The notes under the pieces: model-generated
Databases searched by the model: none
What the model was told of the DNA's origin: nothing
What the model saw: the letters and a program-made list of their open reading frames with translations, nothing else
Position numbers and translations under genes: made by a program
Shown here: positions 46,273 to 55,841 of the stretch, piece by piece
How positions within the stretch are numbered: position 1 is the stretch's first letter
Layout of the letters: each line of letters begins with the position of its first letter
Virus record (IMG/VR): IMGVR_UViG_3300015360_000031
Length of the DNA stretch: 64,000 nt
Direction: 5' to 3' (one strand)
From: an uncultured virus (IMG/VR IMGVR_UViG_3300015360_000031)
Taxonomy: Duplodnaviria > Heunggongvirae > Uroviricota > Caudoviricetes

Positions 46273-46884
46273 TTAGAGATCCTTCGCTTGAGGTAGTGCG
46301 TATGCCGCGTGGTAGAGCCCACGTCGCCACGCGATCACGAACGCGCGTCGTAGCCGATCGTTTGCGTCGCCGACGAGGCCGGGATTGACTCCGGTCACGT
46401 CGTGGCAACGGTGCTGGATGACTTCGTTCTCCAGTACCGTCTCGTCGAGTTGCTTGAGTAGATCGTTGTAGACCTGCCCTCCACCATCAGATCTCGCAAT
46501 CGAGATCTGCGCGCACCGAAGCCCGACACGGATCGTTGCGAACCCGGTGTGATGCTGGCTGGTGCTCAACACCTCGTCGATGCGCTCGTAGGTTCGGCGC
46601 GATCGGTTACGTGCATGAATCGACTGGATGACGCGGAGGAACGCGTCGGTCTCCGTGCGTGGGGTGGTGCGTGGGATGGTGCGCTGCCACACGGCGATCG
46701 CGAGGCTCGCAGCATTGAACCCATCACGCCACGGTAGTGTGAACCAGCCCTCCTTGTTCTTGTAGAGCTTGTACTCGTCGATCATCAGCGCGAGCTCGAC
46801 AAGCTCCTTGTCGGCGGTGAGCCAGTCGTCAACCTTGATGGGCTGCTTGCGCTTGGGCGGCTTGCGGCGTTGTACCTTCGGCAC
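46273..46884 (-). CDS. Hypothetical protein
   Basis: GTG 6 nt after motif. Confidence 0.65.
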   Translation of the reverse strand: MPKVQRRKPPKRKQPIKVDDWLTADKELVELALMIDEYKLYKNKEGWFTLPWRDGFNAASLAIAVWQRTIPRTTPRTETDAFLRVIQSIHARNRSRRTYERIDEVLSTSQHHTGFATIRVGLRCAQISIARSDGGGQVYNDLLKQLDETVLENEVIQHRCHDVTGVNPGLVGDANDRLRRAFVIAWRRGLYHAAYALPQAKDL

Positions 46885-46890
46885 GCAACC

Positions 46891-46913
46891 GTTCTACCGC
46901 GTGGGGCTGACAG
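46891..46913 (-). promoter_or_regulatory. Viral promoter motif copy
   Basis: CTGTCAGCCCCACGCGG-TAGAAC; its TAG is the stop of 46894..47142. Confidence 0.75.
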
Positions 46914-47142
46914 CCTCGTGGGCGGCCTTGAGGCACAGCGCGCATCGCGCCGATGACAGCGGCAACTTGGTATCCCAGTTGATCTCTCGACCACACAGCG
47001 CTTTGGGCTTGTTGGAGTGCCCCGATAGCCTGATGGGGTGCTCGTCGGTCACCCTGCGTAGGTGCGGCGTGATTGCAGCCACCGTCTCGCAAACTACAAT
47101 ACGTTTCAAATACTGGCTCAAAATGCCTAGCCTCCTATTCAA
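46894..47142 (-). CDS. Small Cys/His protein
   Basis: ALCG...RCALC; overlaps the end of the helicase gene. Confidence 0.5.
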   Translation of the reverse strand: MNRRLGILSQYLKRIVVCETVAAITPHLRRVTDEHPIRLSGHSNKPKALCGREINWDTKLPLSSARCALCLKAAHEAVSPTR

Positions 47143-49753
47143 CCAACGCTAGTTTTGTGTCGTTGTGCCGCCAGAACCGATACGACTTGTGGCCGCCGGC
47201 GTTCACCTGCTCGACGCGAAATTCACGCTCGATGTGCGTCGATCGCAGCTTCTGCGCGAGTGAGCGCGCGGAATCCTTCCACTGGATGCTGTGGGCTTGC
47301 GCGAGTGTTTCGAGCTCGGCGTGCAGCTGGAACACCTGCACCAAGCGGCCCACGTTGCCCGGCCCCACGCGAGCCTTGTAGCCGACCCACTTCTGCAACA
47401 GATCGACGAGCGGATCCTCCTCGTTCACGAACGCATCACGCTCGCCCTGAAGCGCGAGCATCAGCTCGGCAACCACCGTGGGCTCCCACCCGAGCACGCG
47501 CCCGACGATGGAGCCGAGCGCTGCGAAGTCGGCCATACGGTGCGTCGAATCGCCGGCGATGGTGCCCGCCAAGGTGTCAGCGCGCAACTCTTCGATGATC
47601 CGCCCCACGTACCAGAGGTACTCGCCGAACAGGCGCGGGCGATCGTCGAGGATGCCTTGCTGTAGCTGCTGGAAGCTCGTGAACACCTCACGCCGATCGA
47701 GCCGCAGGATCACGCACCGGTCGGCGACGTCATCACGGCGGAAGCTGGCTGGGTTGCGCGTCGCGATCGCGATGAACGCGTGCGGCTTGATCGTCATCGA
47801 TTCGTCGTCGCTGTAGAGCCGGCGCTTCGTCCACACACCCGCGGTGCAGTACGCGCAGATCGCATCAGGCACCCACTCGATGTAGGAGTCGGTGTTGTCG
47901 AACAGCGCGATCGGTGAGCGCAGCAACACCACGCCGAAGTCGTCCTCCTTGTTGCGCTGGAGGATCATCGGTCGCGAGATCCCCATGAGTGCGAGCTGCA
48001 ACAAAACTACGGCACTCGTGTTGTGCGTGACCGTGAAGTCACCGAGCAAGAATCGGCCATCACCGTCGAGCGTGAAGCCGTAGTAATCACCCTCGCCGAT
48101 CGCCTCAATCTTGAACCCAACGTGCAACACGTTCTTGACTTGCTCGCATGGCTTCGCTTGCTTGCATGGCACCTTGCACGGGATGCGATCAAGGTCTCCT
48201 GAAATTGTGATCCGATGGTAGAGCCCTTTGAACCCGAGCGATTTGATCGTTCCGATCTTTTCGGTGGAGTACGCGGCGAAGCCGAGGCTACGTGCAAGGA
48301 ACAAGATGTCATCACGAAGCCCGGCGTACTTCGTGATGATCTCATAGCCCCCCTGGTAGTGCCCGTCCGTGTCGAGCAACCCGGCAAGAACATCAAGACG
48401 TGTGCGCTCATCGTTGATGAGGTACTCACGTGGAATGCGCTTCTCGTCGTTGACGATGAGCGTTCGCACGAAGTTCAAGATCGGGTTGCGATCTGCGCGT
48501 GCTTGTCCAGTCTGGTTGCCCGTCGTGAAGCACAACCCCTCGCATCCAGCACCAGCGTGCACACGCAGCTGAAGACCGTATGCGGCTGCAAGTGTCTTGC
48601 AGAAAGCCTTAATTTCCGGCTCTGGCGACGTGATCTCAGCCTTACCGCACGTGCCATCACCAAGCCATGCACCAACGAAGTAGGGATCCATCAGCACAGC
48701 GCTCGACGGGAACGTAACTGGCGTACGCAGCTGCATTGCGTACCCACGACCCTTGACGCTCGTCCCCCACTCTGACGGGTAACAATTCATCAACGGCACA
48801 TCAATCACCTGGTGTCGATCCTCAGGATGTTGCGTCGTGCCGCTGAGCACCACGGTCAAGATGTGATCCTCGTTGCAAACCCATGCAGCGCCCTTCGTTG
48901 GGGTGATGCGGTAGAGCGGTCCGTGGCCGACGGTCACCCCGTCAACGTTGCGAGGCTTCGAGTCAGGCCCCATGACTTGCTCACCTGCACTGATTTGCTC
49001 GACAGGCTTGATCAACCCATCCGCCATCATCACAGGTGTTCCGCGTCCAAGGCACTTCCCCGACCCCTTCGTTCCTTCGAGCAAGAGGATCGGCTTGGTC
49101 GGCATGAGGTCGGGGAACGCGAGCGAGAAGATCCAGATGATGAGCGCCATCTTCTGCTGCGCGGGCGTGATCCCGGAGAGCCCCGACGCGGCGAAGTGCA
49201 GATCGGTCAGCTTGTCGAGGAGGATCCCGTGATTGCCGATGTCGGGCGTGCAGTGCACCCCGTTGTCGTCGTCGGCGAAGAACACGCCATCCTCACCGCA
49301 CGGTAGCGTCACGATGTCGTCGGAACCGGCGATGCGAAACATCCTGCCGTCATACGCTGAGATGTACGTCGTCTGCGTCTCGTGCGAGTACACGGCGAAC
49401 CGACGGAGCTCGACCTTGGTGCCGTGCTCGTAGACGTAGTGGCGCAGCACGTCGTAGATGAACTTCGCTTGATCCTCGTGCTCGCTCATACCGTAGAGCG
49501 TGTGGAAGTAGCTGAACCACTTGTCACCGCCGCGACCTGTGCGGGGAAGCTGCAACACCTGCCCGGTGGAGCCGATCACCGCGTACAAGGATCCTTCCGA
49601 CGTCACAAGGAATTGTGTGCCGCTCTGGATCTCGTATTCGAGGATGTAGTTCCACAGCGATTGCTTGCGCGCGCGCACGTTCTGCCGCGGGTCGTTCATG
49701 ATCCGCCCGATCCGAAGGCGATGCTGCGCGGCGTGTACAGGTGAGATCGGCAT
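47135..49753 (-). CDS. P-loop DNA helicase (SF3/D5-like, primase-associated) with intein
   Basis: KPILLLEGTKGSGK/T Walker A split by an intein; IALFDN Walker B; DVADRCV. Confidence 0.7.
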   Translation of the reverse strand: MPISPVHAAQHRLRIGRIMNDPRQNVRARKQSLWNYILEYEIQSGTQFLVTSEGSLYAVIGSTGQVLQLPRTGRGGDKWFSYFHTLYGMSEHEDQAKFIYDVLRHYVYEHGTKVELRRFAVYSHETQTTYISAYDGRMFRIAGSDDIVTLPCGEDGVFFADDDNGVHCTPDIGNHGILLDKLTDLHFAASGLSGITPAQQKMALIIWIFSLAFPDLMPTKPILLLEGTKGSGKCLGRGTPVMMADGLIKPVEQISAGEQVMGPDSKPRNVDGVTVGHGPLYRITPTKGAAWVCNEDHILTVVLSGTTQHPEDRHQVIDVPLMNCYPSEWGTSVKGRGYAMQLRTPVTFPSSAVLMDPYFVGAWLGDGTCGKAEITSPEPEIKAFCKTLAAAYGLQLRVHAGAGCEGLCFTTGNQTGQARADRNPILNFVRTLIVNDEKRIPREYLINDERTRLDVLAGLLDTDGHYQGGYEIITKYAGLRDDILFLARSLGFAAYSTEKIGTIKSLGFKGLYHRITISGDLDRIPCKVPCKQAKPCEQVKNVLHVGFKIEAIGEGDYYGFTLDGDGRFLLGDFTVTHNTSAVVLLQLALMGISRPMILQRNKEDDFGVVLLRSPIALFDNTDSYIEWVPDAICAYCTAGVWTKRRLYSDDESMTIKPHAFIAIATRNPASFRRDDVADRCVILRLDRREVFTSFQQLQQGILDDRPRLFGEYLWYVGRIIEELRADTLAGTIAGDSTHRMADFAALGSIVGRVLGWEPTVVAELMLALQGERDAFVNEEDPLVDLLQKWVGYKARVGPGNVGRLVQVFQLHAELETLAQAHSIQWKDSARSLAQKLRSTHIEREFRVEQVNAGGHKSYRFWRHNDTKLALVE
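48020..49054 (-). mobile_element. Intein (class 1) with LAGLIDADG homing endonuclease, 345 aa
   Basis: CLGRGTPVMMADG...NEDHIL...GAWLGDG...LAGLLDTDG...YYGFTLDG...VTHN/T. Confidence 0.9.
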
Positions 49754-49766
49754 CTGACGGTTGAGC

Positions 49767-49789
49767 AGTCTACCTTGCTAGGCTGACAG
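49767..49789 (-). promoter_or_regulatory. Viral promoter motif copy (variant)
   Basis: CTGTCAGCCTAGCAAGG-TAGACT, upstream of the helicase ATG 49753. Confidence 0.65.
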
Positions 49790-49844
49790 GCTGCGAGCTA
49801 GCGTAGCTGTTGATCAAGTACGCTACCGTTGGTGCACATGATCG

Positions 49845-49867
49845 CTGTCAGCCCCACGCCGTAGGGT
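49845..49867 (+). promoter_or_regulatory. Viral promoter motif copy
   Basis: CTGTCAGCCCCACGCCG-TAGGGT, 7 nt before ATG 49875. Confidence 0.75.
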
Positions 49868-49874
49868 GCTCAAC

Positions 49875-50276
49875 ATGTCGCTGACTTTTGAAGTTCTTCG
49901 TAACGCCTGCATTGCCAGGCTCCCCACGTTCAAGAACGCGAAGGGCGAGCCCGCGCACTCGAAACCCGACGGCTCGGACTGGTCCCTCGGTCAGTGGATG
50001 ACCGCACTCACCGGTGAGGTCGGTGAAGCCGCGAACGTGATCAAGAAGGTGTTCCGCGGGGACATGTCGCTCGATGAGGCGCGGCCCGCGCTCGCGAAGG
50101 AGCTCGCCGACATCCAGATCTACCTCGACCTGCTCGCGTTGCAGTGCGGTATCAATCTCGGTCAGGCGACGATGGAGAAGTTCAACGAAGTGAGCCGTCG
50201 CGTCGGTAGCCCGATCCTCATCATCAACGGGCACGGCATTGGAAACGCGTTCGTTATCGATGAGCGCAACGGGTGA
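49875..50276 (+). CDS. MazG-like NTP pyrophosphohydrolase 2
   Basis: ALTGEVGEAANVIKK...KELADIQIYLDL...KFNEVS. Confidence 0.8.
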   Translation: MSLTFEVLRNACIARLPTFKNAKGEPAHSKPDGSDWSLGQWMTALTGEVGEAANVIKKVFRGDMSLDEARPALAKELADIQIYLDLLALQCGINLGQATMEKFNEVSRRVGSPILIINGHGIGNAFVIDERNG

Positions 50277-50494
50277 CGCCGAAGAAGCCTCGAAAGCGAG
50301 CACAGCGTACCGCGAGGCTCTCAGTGAAGTCACGCGAGATCCTTGCCCGTACAAACGCTGAGCGAACGCGTCGCGACGCCATCATCGCGACGGGCACTCC
50401 GATGCCTGCTATCGACGCGCTACCGGTAGTCGAGTTCGGGTCGCCACACCCAAAGCTGCGACCGCGGCGGCATGAAGGAAGCGACGCTGAATGA
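50273..50494 (+). CDS. Small basic protein
   Basis: Coupled overlaps on both sides. Confidence 0.5.
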   Translation: MTPKKPRKRAQRTARLSVKSREILARTNAERTRRDAIIATGTPMPAIDALPVVEFGSPHPKLRPRRHEGSDAE

Positions 50495-53076
50495 TCGCCA
50501 AACACCCAACGAAGCAAGACTGGTTTCGTGTCGATGTCGAGGACGCGAAGCCACTACTCGGGCTGCCCGGGCTGCACATTGAAGGTGCACGGTTCATCGC
50601 GCATCGCGGGCTGCTCACGTTGCTTGATCACCCGACGGCGCGATCGCTGCTCGCGGAAGCCGCGCCGAAAACAACGTGGGCCGCACGCAACATCTGGACG
50701 GGGATCCGCGGGTTCCAGCTACGTACGACGCAGCATCAGGCGATCGACTTCATCGAGCCGCGCAAAGGCGTGTTGCTCGGCGACGACATGCGGCTTGGAA
50801 AAGGCCAGGTTGTTGGTTCACGGTTACTCGGCCCGCAAGGTTGGTTTCCGATTGAGGCGGCCAGGATCGGAGATCTGATCATGGGATCAGACGGTGAGGC
50901 ACACCTTATCACTGGCGTGTTCCCGCGAGGTTTGTTGCCCGTCTATCGTGTGACGTTTTCTGACGGTACATCAATTGTTGTTGACGGCGAGCATCTGTGG
51001 GCGACGTGGAGCCACAACGATTGGCATCGGCACAAGCCTCATCGTGTGATGCGGACGCGTGACCTCATCAAGCTGCGAGATGCTGCAAACAACATGCAGT
51101 GGCGCATCCCACTCGTGAAGCCTCTCAATTTGTGGGGATGCCCGGATCCTGCGCTTGATCCATACCTGCTCGGTGTCTTGCTTGGTGATGGTTATTTTGG
51201 TGAAAGCGTCACGTTTTGTTGTGGTGACGAGGAAACGCCTCAACAGGTTTCAAAGGTGCTGCCACCTGGTGTGCGCCTTGTGCGTGGGGATACCGTAGGC
51301 CGTACATCAACGTGGCGCCTATCTCGCATTGATGCGTCGAAACGAAACCCGCTCAAGTCAGTTTTGACTCGCCTGGGGTTGTTCGATACGCGCTCGTGGT
51401 CGAAGTTCGTGCCTGATCGCTACTTGTTCGCGAACAATGAGGATCGGTTGGCGCTTCTTCAAGGGCTGCTCGATACCGACGGAGAATACTCTGGTGGAAC
51501 CCTTGCGTTCTCATCTGCATCAGAGAAGCTGCGTGACGCAGTACGATTTCTCGTCGAGAGTCTTGGAGGTGTTGCTCGTGTGAGTACACGCGAAGCACCG
51601 CGCTACATGTACGATGGTGAGACACGTATCGGTCGGCCATCGTATCGATTGACGATCGCGATGCCTGACAACATCAAACCGTTCCGAGCACGCAAGGGCT
51701 ACAAGCAACGCGAAAAGTTTCGGCCAGCACGGCACATTGCGAGCATCGAGCCCGCTGGTGAGGCTGAGGTGATCTGCATCTCTGTAGATGCGCCGGATCA
51801 GCTCTACGTGACCGAGCACTGCATCGTCACACACAACACGCTTACGGCCATCATGTGCCACGACCCGGCGCGCGGCCCGTTCGTCGTGGTCGCACCACTC
51901 TCGACGCGTGGGGTGTGGCTTGGCTGGCTCAAGCGCGTGTTCCCGGAGCACGCGGACAACATCGGCGTGCTGCGTGGTCGCAAGTTCGATCCTGAGCTCG
52001 TGAAAAAGCCGATCGTGTTCGCTCACTACGACATCATCGCGCAGTGGATGAACGCTACGAAGATCGGCACGCTCGTGTTCGACGAGGCCCACGTGCTCAC
52101 GAACCGCACCGCGAAGCGATCGCTCGCTGCGATCTACCTGCGCACGCAAGCGGAGCGCGTGATCGCGCTGACCGGCACACCGATCTGGGATCTGCCGTCC
52201 GATCTGTGGAACATCGTTGGGCTCGTCGCACCCGGCGGGTGGGGCAGCTACCACGATTTCTGCCAGCGCTACGGCGCGCCCGAGAACACCGCTTACGGGG
52301 TCGTGTACACCGGGCTCTCGCACGGCGCTGAACTGAAAGAGCGCATGACCGAGATCATGCTGCGCCGTCGATGGGCCGACGTCTCCGAGGACGTGCCGGC
52401 GATCACGCGCTCGGTCGTGGTCTCCGAGGTTGATGACGCCGCGCGCCGTAGGCTCGACATCCTGTCGGCGAAGATTCAGAGCGAGCGCACGAACACCGCG
52501 GGCAACCTCGCCGCGTACCGGCGGCAGATCACCTCGACGAAGCTCAGCACGGTGAAGCACGAGATCACCAAGGTGATCAGCCGTAACGAGCCGGTCGTGG
52601 TGTGGACCTGGCACAAGGATTACGCCGACGCGATCGCGAAGGAGTTCCCCGAGCGAGCACACGTGATCCACGGTGACGTTGCGCCTGAGGAGCGCGAGAA
52701 GCGCATCGAAGCATGGAGGGCGAGCTCGGCGAACGTGCTGATCGCAACGATGGCGGTCGCACAGGTCGGCGTCGATTTCTCACACGCACGGATCGCGATC
52801 TTTGCCGAGATTGACTACACGCCGGCGATCATCGGCCAGGCTGAGATGCGTACGTTCGCGCCGACCCGCGGCATGGATGTGATCTTCATCGTCGCGAACC
52901 ACCTTGTCGATCAGCGGATCGTGCGCGCGCTCGTACGCAAGCTGTCCGCGGCTGATCCTCTCGGTGTTGGCGCCGCAGTAGATGCGATCGACGCGCTTCG
53001 TGATGCTGTCATCGGCCCCAACGAAGAGGGTGATCTTGATCGGCTGCTCGAAGATCTACTAGCGAGCGCGGCATGA
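50491..53076 (+). CDS. SNF2-like (SF2) helicase with intein
   Basis: GDDMRLGK/T, VFDEAH, ALTGTP, GVDF, QAEMR. Confidence 0.85.
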   Translation: MIAKHPTKQDWFRVDVEDAKPLLGLPGLHIEGARFIAHRGLLTLLDHPTARSLLAEAAPKTTWAARNIWTGIRGFQLRTTQHQAIDFIEPRKGVLLGDDMRLGKGQVVGSRLLGPQGWFPIEAARIGDLIMGSDGEAHLITGVFPRGLLPVYRVTFSDGTSIVVDGEHLWATWSHNDWHRHKPHRVMRTRDLIKLRDAANNMQWRIPLVKPLNLWGCPDPALDPYLLGVLLGDGYFGESVTFCCGDEETPQQVSKVLPPGVRLVRGDTVGRTSTWRLSRIDASKRNPLKSVLTRLGLFDTRSWSKFVPDRYLFANNEDRLALLQGLLDTDGEYSGGTLAFSSASEKLRDAVRFLVESLGGVARVSTREAPRYMYDGETRIGRPSYRLTIAMPDNIKPFRARKGYKQREKFRPARHIASIEPAGEAEVICISVDAPDQLYVTEHCIVTHNTLTAIMCHDPARGPFVVVAPLSTRGVWLGWLKRVFPEHADNIGVLRGRKFDPELVKKPIVFAHYDIIAQWMNATKIGTLVFDEAHVLTNRTAKRSLAAIYLRTQAERVIALTGTPIWDLPSDLWNIVGLVAPGGWGSYHDFCQRYGAPENTAYGVVYTGLSHGAELKERMTEIMLRRRWADVSEDVPAITRSVVVSEVDDAARRRLDILSAKIQSERTNTAGNLAAYRRQITSTKLSTVKHEITKVISRNEPVVVWTWHKDYADAIAKEFPERAHVIHGDVAPEEREKRIEAWRASSANVLIATMAVAQVGVDFSHARIAIFAEIDYTPAIIGQAEMRTFAPTRGMDVIFIVANHLVDQRIVRALVRKLSAADPLGVGAAVDAIDALRDAVIGPNEEGDLDRLLEDLLASAA
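50803..51837 (+). mobile_element. Intein (class 3-like, Gly1) with LAGLIDADG homing endonuclease, 345 aa
   Basis: GQVVGSRLLGPQG...GEHLW...LGVLLGDG...LQGLLDTDG...VICISV...VTHN/T. Confidence 0.85.
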
Positions 53077-53330
53077 CCTGGGCCTACCTCCTCACCGAGC
53101 TCGTCGGGCTGCTCGCGACGGCCACCAACATCTGGGCGAACATCCTGCTCGCGCACAAGAGCGAGCGCGGGTGGGTCGTGCGGCTGCTCGCGAACGCGCT
53201 GTGGCTCACGTTCGGTATCGTCTCGGGCAGCCTCGCGAACACGCTCAACTCGCTGATCTTCGCTGGCATCAACATCTACGCGCTCCGTCGCTGGCGTCGC
53301 GAGCGGCTTGCATCAAAGGATCTGAAATAA
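53073..53330 (+). CDS. Small PnuC-like membrane protein
   Basis: Three TMs; GWVVRLLANALW...NIYALRRW. Confidence 0.55.
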   Translation: MTWAYLLTELVGLLATATNIWANILLAHKSERGWVVRLLANALWLTFGIVSGSLANTLNSLIFAGINIYALRRWRRERLASKDLK

Positions 53331-53656
53331 TGGTGGCTATCCGCTTGTCAGGCAAATGCCCGGACTGCAATGACAAGCTGGTTCGTCGAGAACGTAGGTC
53401 TGATGGTGCACCGTTTTTGGGTTGTAACTCGTACCCGGCTTGTGGGTTCACAGAGCCGCTAGATTCGTGGCTTGCTGGGATAGCTAACGAGGTGGCGAAG
53501 TTGCAGACAGAACTTGCACAGCTCAAGAAGGCCCCGGCGGTGCCGAAAAAGGTGGTGGCGGCGAACGCAGACGTTGAGGCGTTGCGCGCAAGGCTCGACG
53601 CAGTCGAAGGCTTGGTGGCTGAGCTTCAGGACAACCTCAATCTGCTTTTTCAGTGA
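53330..53656 (+). CDS. Topoisomerase-type C4 zinc finger plus coiled coil
   Basis: CPDC..LVRRE...FLGCNSYPACGFT. Confidence 0.75.
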   Translation: MVAIRLSGKCPDCNDKLVRRERRSDGAPFLGCNSYPACGFTEPLDSWLAGIANEVAKLQTELAQLKKAPAVPKKVVAANADVEALRARLDAVEGLVAELQDNLNLLFQ

Positions 53657-53679
53657 GTGTCAGCCCCTCGCAGTAGGGT
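53657..53679 (+). promoter_or_regulatory. Viral promoter motif copy
   Basis: GTGTCAGCCCCTCGCAG-TAGGGT, 6 nt before ATG 53686. Confidence 0.75.
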
Positions 53680-53685
53680 TGCTCG

Positions 53686-53916
53686 ATGGTGCGGATCAAG
53701 TTCGAGCTCAAGTTCGTGTTGGAGATCGAGGGGGATGCAATCCCGGAGATGACCGGCATCAACGATCTGGTTATGGAGGGCGCGATCGCTACGATCACCG
53801 GCGTACAGGCGATTGAGGGTGGTGCGCGCTTGAAGATGACGAACCTCAGCATGTGCCGCACCGGGCGCACAACATCAACCTCACCACCCCGCAAGCCGAG
53901 GCTCAAGCTCGTATGA
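53686..53916 (+). CDS. Hypothetical protein
   Basis: Start directly after motif. Confidence 0.6.
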   Translation: MVRIKFELKFVLEIEGDAIPEMTGINDLVMEGAIATITGVQAIEGGARLKMTNLSMCRTGRTTSTSPPRKPRLKLV

Positions 53917-54188
53917 TCAGCCAGACACCGAGGAGGAGAGATCGACCGTTCCCGATCTGGGAGCACGGCAAGCGCGTGCATGGATACTGGCTCGACGGCC
54001 AACGCATGGGGCATGTCGGCCTCTCACCTAGAGGATTCAAGATCGTGTACTCGTGGGCAATCGACGCGGATTCGGTGCTCACTGGCGAGGCAGTCACGCT
54101 GCGAGCCGCCAAGCGGCGAGTCGAAGTTGCATACCGCCGCGCCTACTCGTGGATGTACCCCGAGAGCAGAGTTCGGCGGGGCTTCTGA
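53913..54188 (+). CDS. Hypothetical protein
   Basis: ATGA coupling; TLRAAKRRVE. Confidence 0.55.
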   Translation: MISQTPRRRDRPFPIWEHGKRVHGYWLDGQRMGHVGLSPRGFKIVYSWAIDADSVLTGEAVTLRAAKRRVEVAYRRAYSWMYPESRVRRGF

Positions 54189-54210
54189 TGGGCATTAACC
54201 AGAGCGTCGT

Positions 54211-55251
54211 ATGATCAGCCTTTGTCTACTGTGTGGGCGCGTGCTCGCACCAGCCCCGAGCGGGCTCTATCAGGTGCATCCGCCCGTCGAGGATTGCCTC
54301 GTCAACTACACCGACTTGTTCGGGGTCGCGCTCGATGATCCACCCGTCGGGGAAGAGCCGGCGATCCCGCAAACGTACGTGCACGATCCGGATCTGCTGA
54401 TCCAAACGTACCCGCTTGTCGACGTCGTGCTCAACGAGACCTTCGCGTCGCGTGGGCTCACGCGGCTCGGCGGTGCGTCATCAGGCCGTGGCTGGTCTTC
54501 GTTCTCAACGTTCCAGGCGTGCCCGTACAAATGGAAGCGGCGCTACATCGAGAACGCGAAGCCGTTGATCTTCGTCGAGAGCCCGAGCCTAGCGATCGGC
54601 TCGATCTTCCACGCGTTGATGGCACTGTACTACGAACACATGATCGAAGGTTCGCCGTATCGCGTGCTCGAACCCAAGGAGCTGTACGATCGGCTGCTCG
54701 CGCGTGCGAACCCGGTGTTCGTGCAAGAGGGTTGGCGGATCTTCACCGCATACGCGCTGTACTACAAATTCGAGCGCATCGAGCCGCTCTGCACCGAGCT
54801 CGACCTTCGCGATCCACGCACCGGCGAGAGCTGCCGGTACGACATGATCGCGTTCTTCCCTGACGAGGCGCCGATGCGCGTGCCCGGCACGTACATCGTC
54901 GAGCACAAGAGCGCTTCGCGATTCGACCATGCGACGCTGGCGGGCTGGCCGAACGATGGCGAGGTTCTCGGGCAGGTCGCGCTCTGGGATCGGCTCGGGC
55001 TTGATCGACGGTGGGGTCCGCTCAAGGGCGTGATCGTCAACATCACCGGCAAGCAGAAGGAGCCGCAGTTTCATCGCACGATCGTCGCGCCACCGAGCTG
55101 GCAGATCGAGCAGCATCTCTCCGACCTCAAGAAGTGGGAGGGCTTGATCCAGCTCGCACGCAGCACCGACTCATTCCCGCGAGCTCGACAGTCGTGCAAT
55201 GGACGCTACGGCTTGTGCGACTGGTTCGAGCACTGCGCGACTGGCGATTGA
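54211..55251 (+). CDS. PD-(D/E)XK Cas4-like exonuclease
   Basis: SSFSTFQACPYKW, GSIFH, RYD...IVEHKS, C-terminal C...CDW..HC. Confidence 0.8.
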   Translation: MISLCLLCGRVLAPAPSGLYQVHPPVEDCLVNYTDLFGVALDDPPVGEEPAIPQTYVHDPDLLIQTYPLVDVVLNETFASRGLTRLGGASSGRGWSSFSTFQACPYKWKRRYIENAKPLIFVESPSLAIGSIFHALMALYYEHMIEGSPYRVLEPKELYDRLLARANPVFVQEGWRIFTAYALYYKFERIEPLCTELDLRDPRTGESCRYDMIAFFPDEAPMRVPGTYIVEHKSASRFDHATLAGWPNDGEVLGQVALWDRLGLDRRWGPLKGVIVNITGKQKEPQFHRTIVAPPSWQIEQHLSDLKKWEGLIQLARSTDSFPRARQSCNGRYGLCDWFEHCATGD

Positions 55252-55297
55252 GTGTTGACGACTAACTAGCCCACTACCTACAGCATGAGGTGAGTGG

Positions 55298-55320
55298 CTG
55301 TCAGCCTCACGCGCTAGTGT
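55298..55320 (+). promoter_or_regulatory. Viral promoter motif copy
   Basis: CTGTCAGCCTCACGCGC-TAGTGT. Confidence 0.7.
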
Positions 55321-55597
55321 GGTTTGTGCGTGCGCGTGACCAACAAGAAACGAGGCCCGGCCCCTAAGCCGCCTGATGTGCAGGGCAACGCGTGTTGCCA
55401 GTCCATCGGCACCGAGCATCGCTTCGATTGTCGGGTTGCGTCACCAAAGAAACGCGGCGCCGGTCCGTTTCTTCCCACCTACGATCCGCCGACAGAGTTT
55501 CTTCGATGCTGTGGCGGCATGCAGGTGCATCGCGCGTACTGCGTCTCGTCGATGCCCGTCGAGCTCCGTGCGCCTACCCCCCACATCACGAGGACCA

Positions 55598-55831
55598 ATG
55601 GCTGTTGATCCAATCGAGAAGCCGATGAAGCCTGCGAACCACCGCGCGCTGATCGAAGCACGGCGCGTGCTCTGGCGTAACGACGTGAACCCGGACAAGA
55701 GCGTTGATCTGATCGAGACGCTTGCGGCGCTCGTGCGCGAGTACGAGATGAACATGCCAGGCGTGAACGCGCGCGTGAGTAAGCTCATCGATGAGACGCC
55801 GTGGGCGTTGGCTGTCAGCCCCGCGTTGTAG
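55598..55831 (+). CDS. Hypothetical protein
   Basis: GAGGA RBS; ends inside the next motif copy. Confidence 0.55.
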   Translation: MAVDPIEKPMKPANHRALIEARRVLWRNDVNPDKSVDLIETLAALVREYEMNMPGVNARVSKLIDETPWALAVSPAL

Positions 55832-55834
55832 AAG
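55812..55834 (+). promoter_or_regulatory. Viral promoter motif copy
   Basis: CTGTCAGCCCCGCGTTG-TAGAAG, 7 nt before GTG 55842. Confidence 0.7.
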
Positions 55835-55841
55835 TACGGGC

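Noticed and set aside
48020..51837. Both inteins are exactly 345 aa, suggesting a duplication
   Set aside because: Their sequences are divergent and of different classes (Cys1 vs Gly1 with WCT); the equal length is treated as coincidence.
54211..55251. CRISPR-Cas locus
   Set aside because: A solo Cas4-like nuclease in the usual phage exonuclease-Sak4-SSB module; no cas1, cas2 or array.
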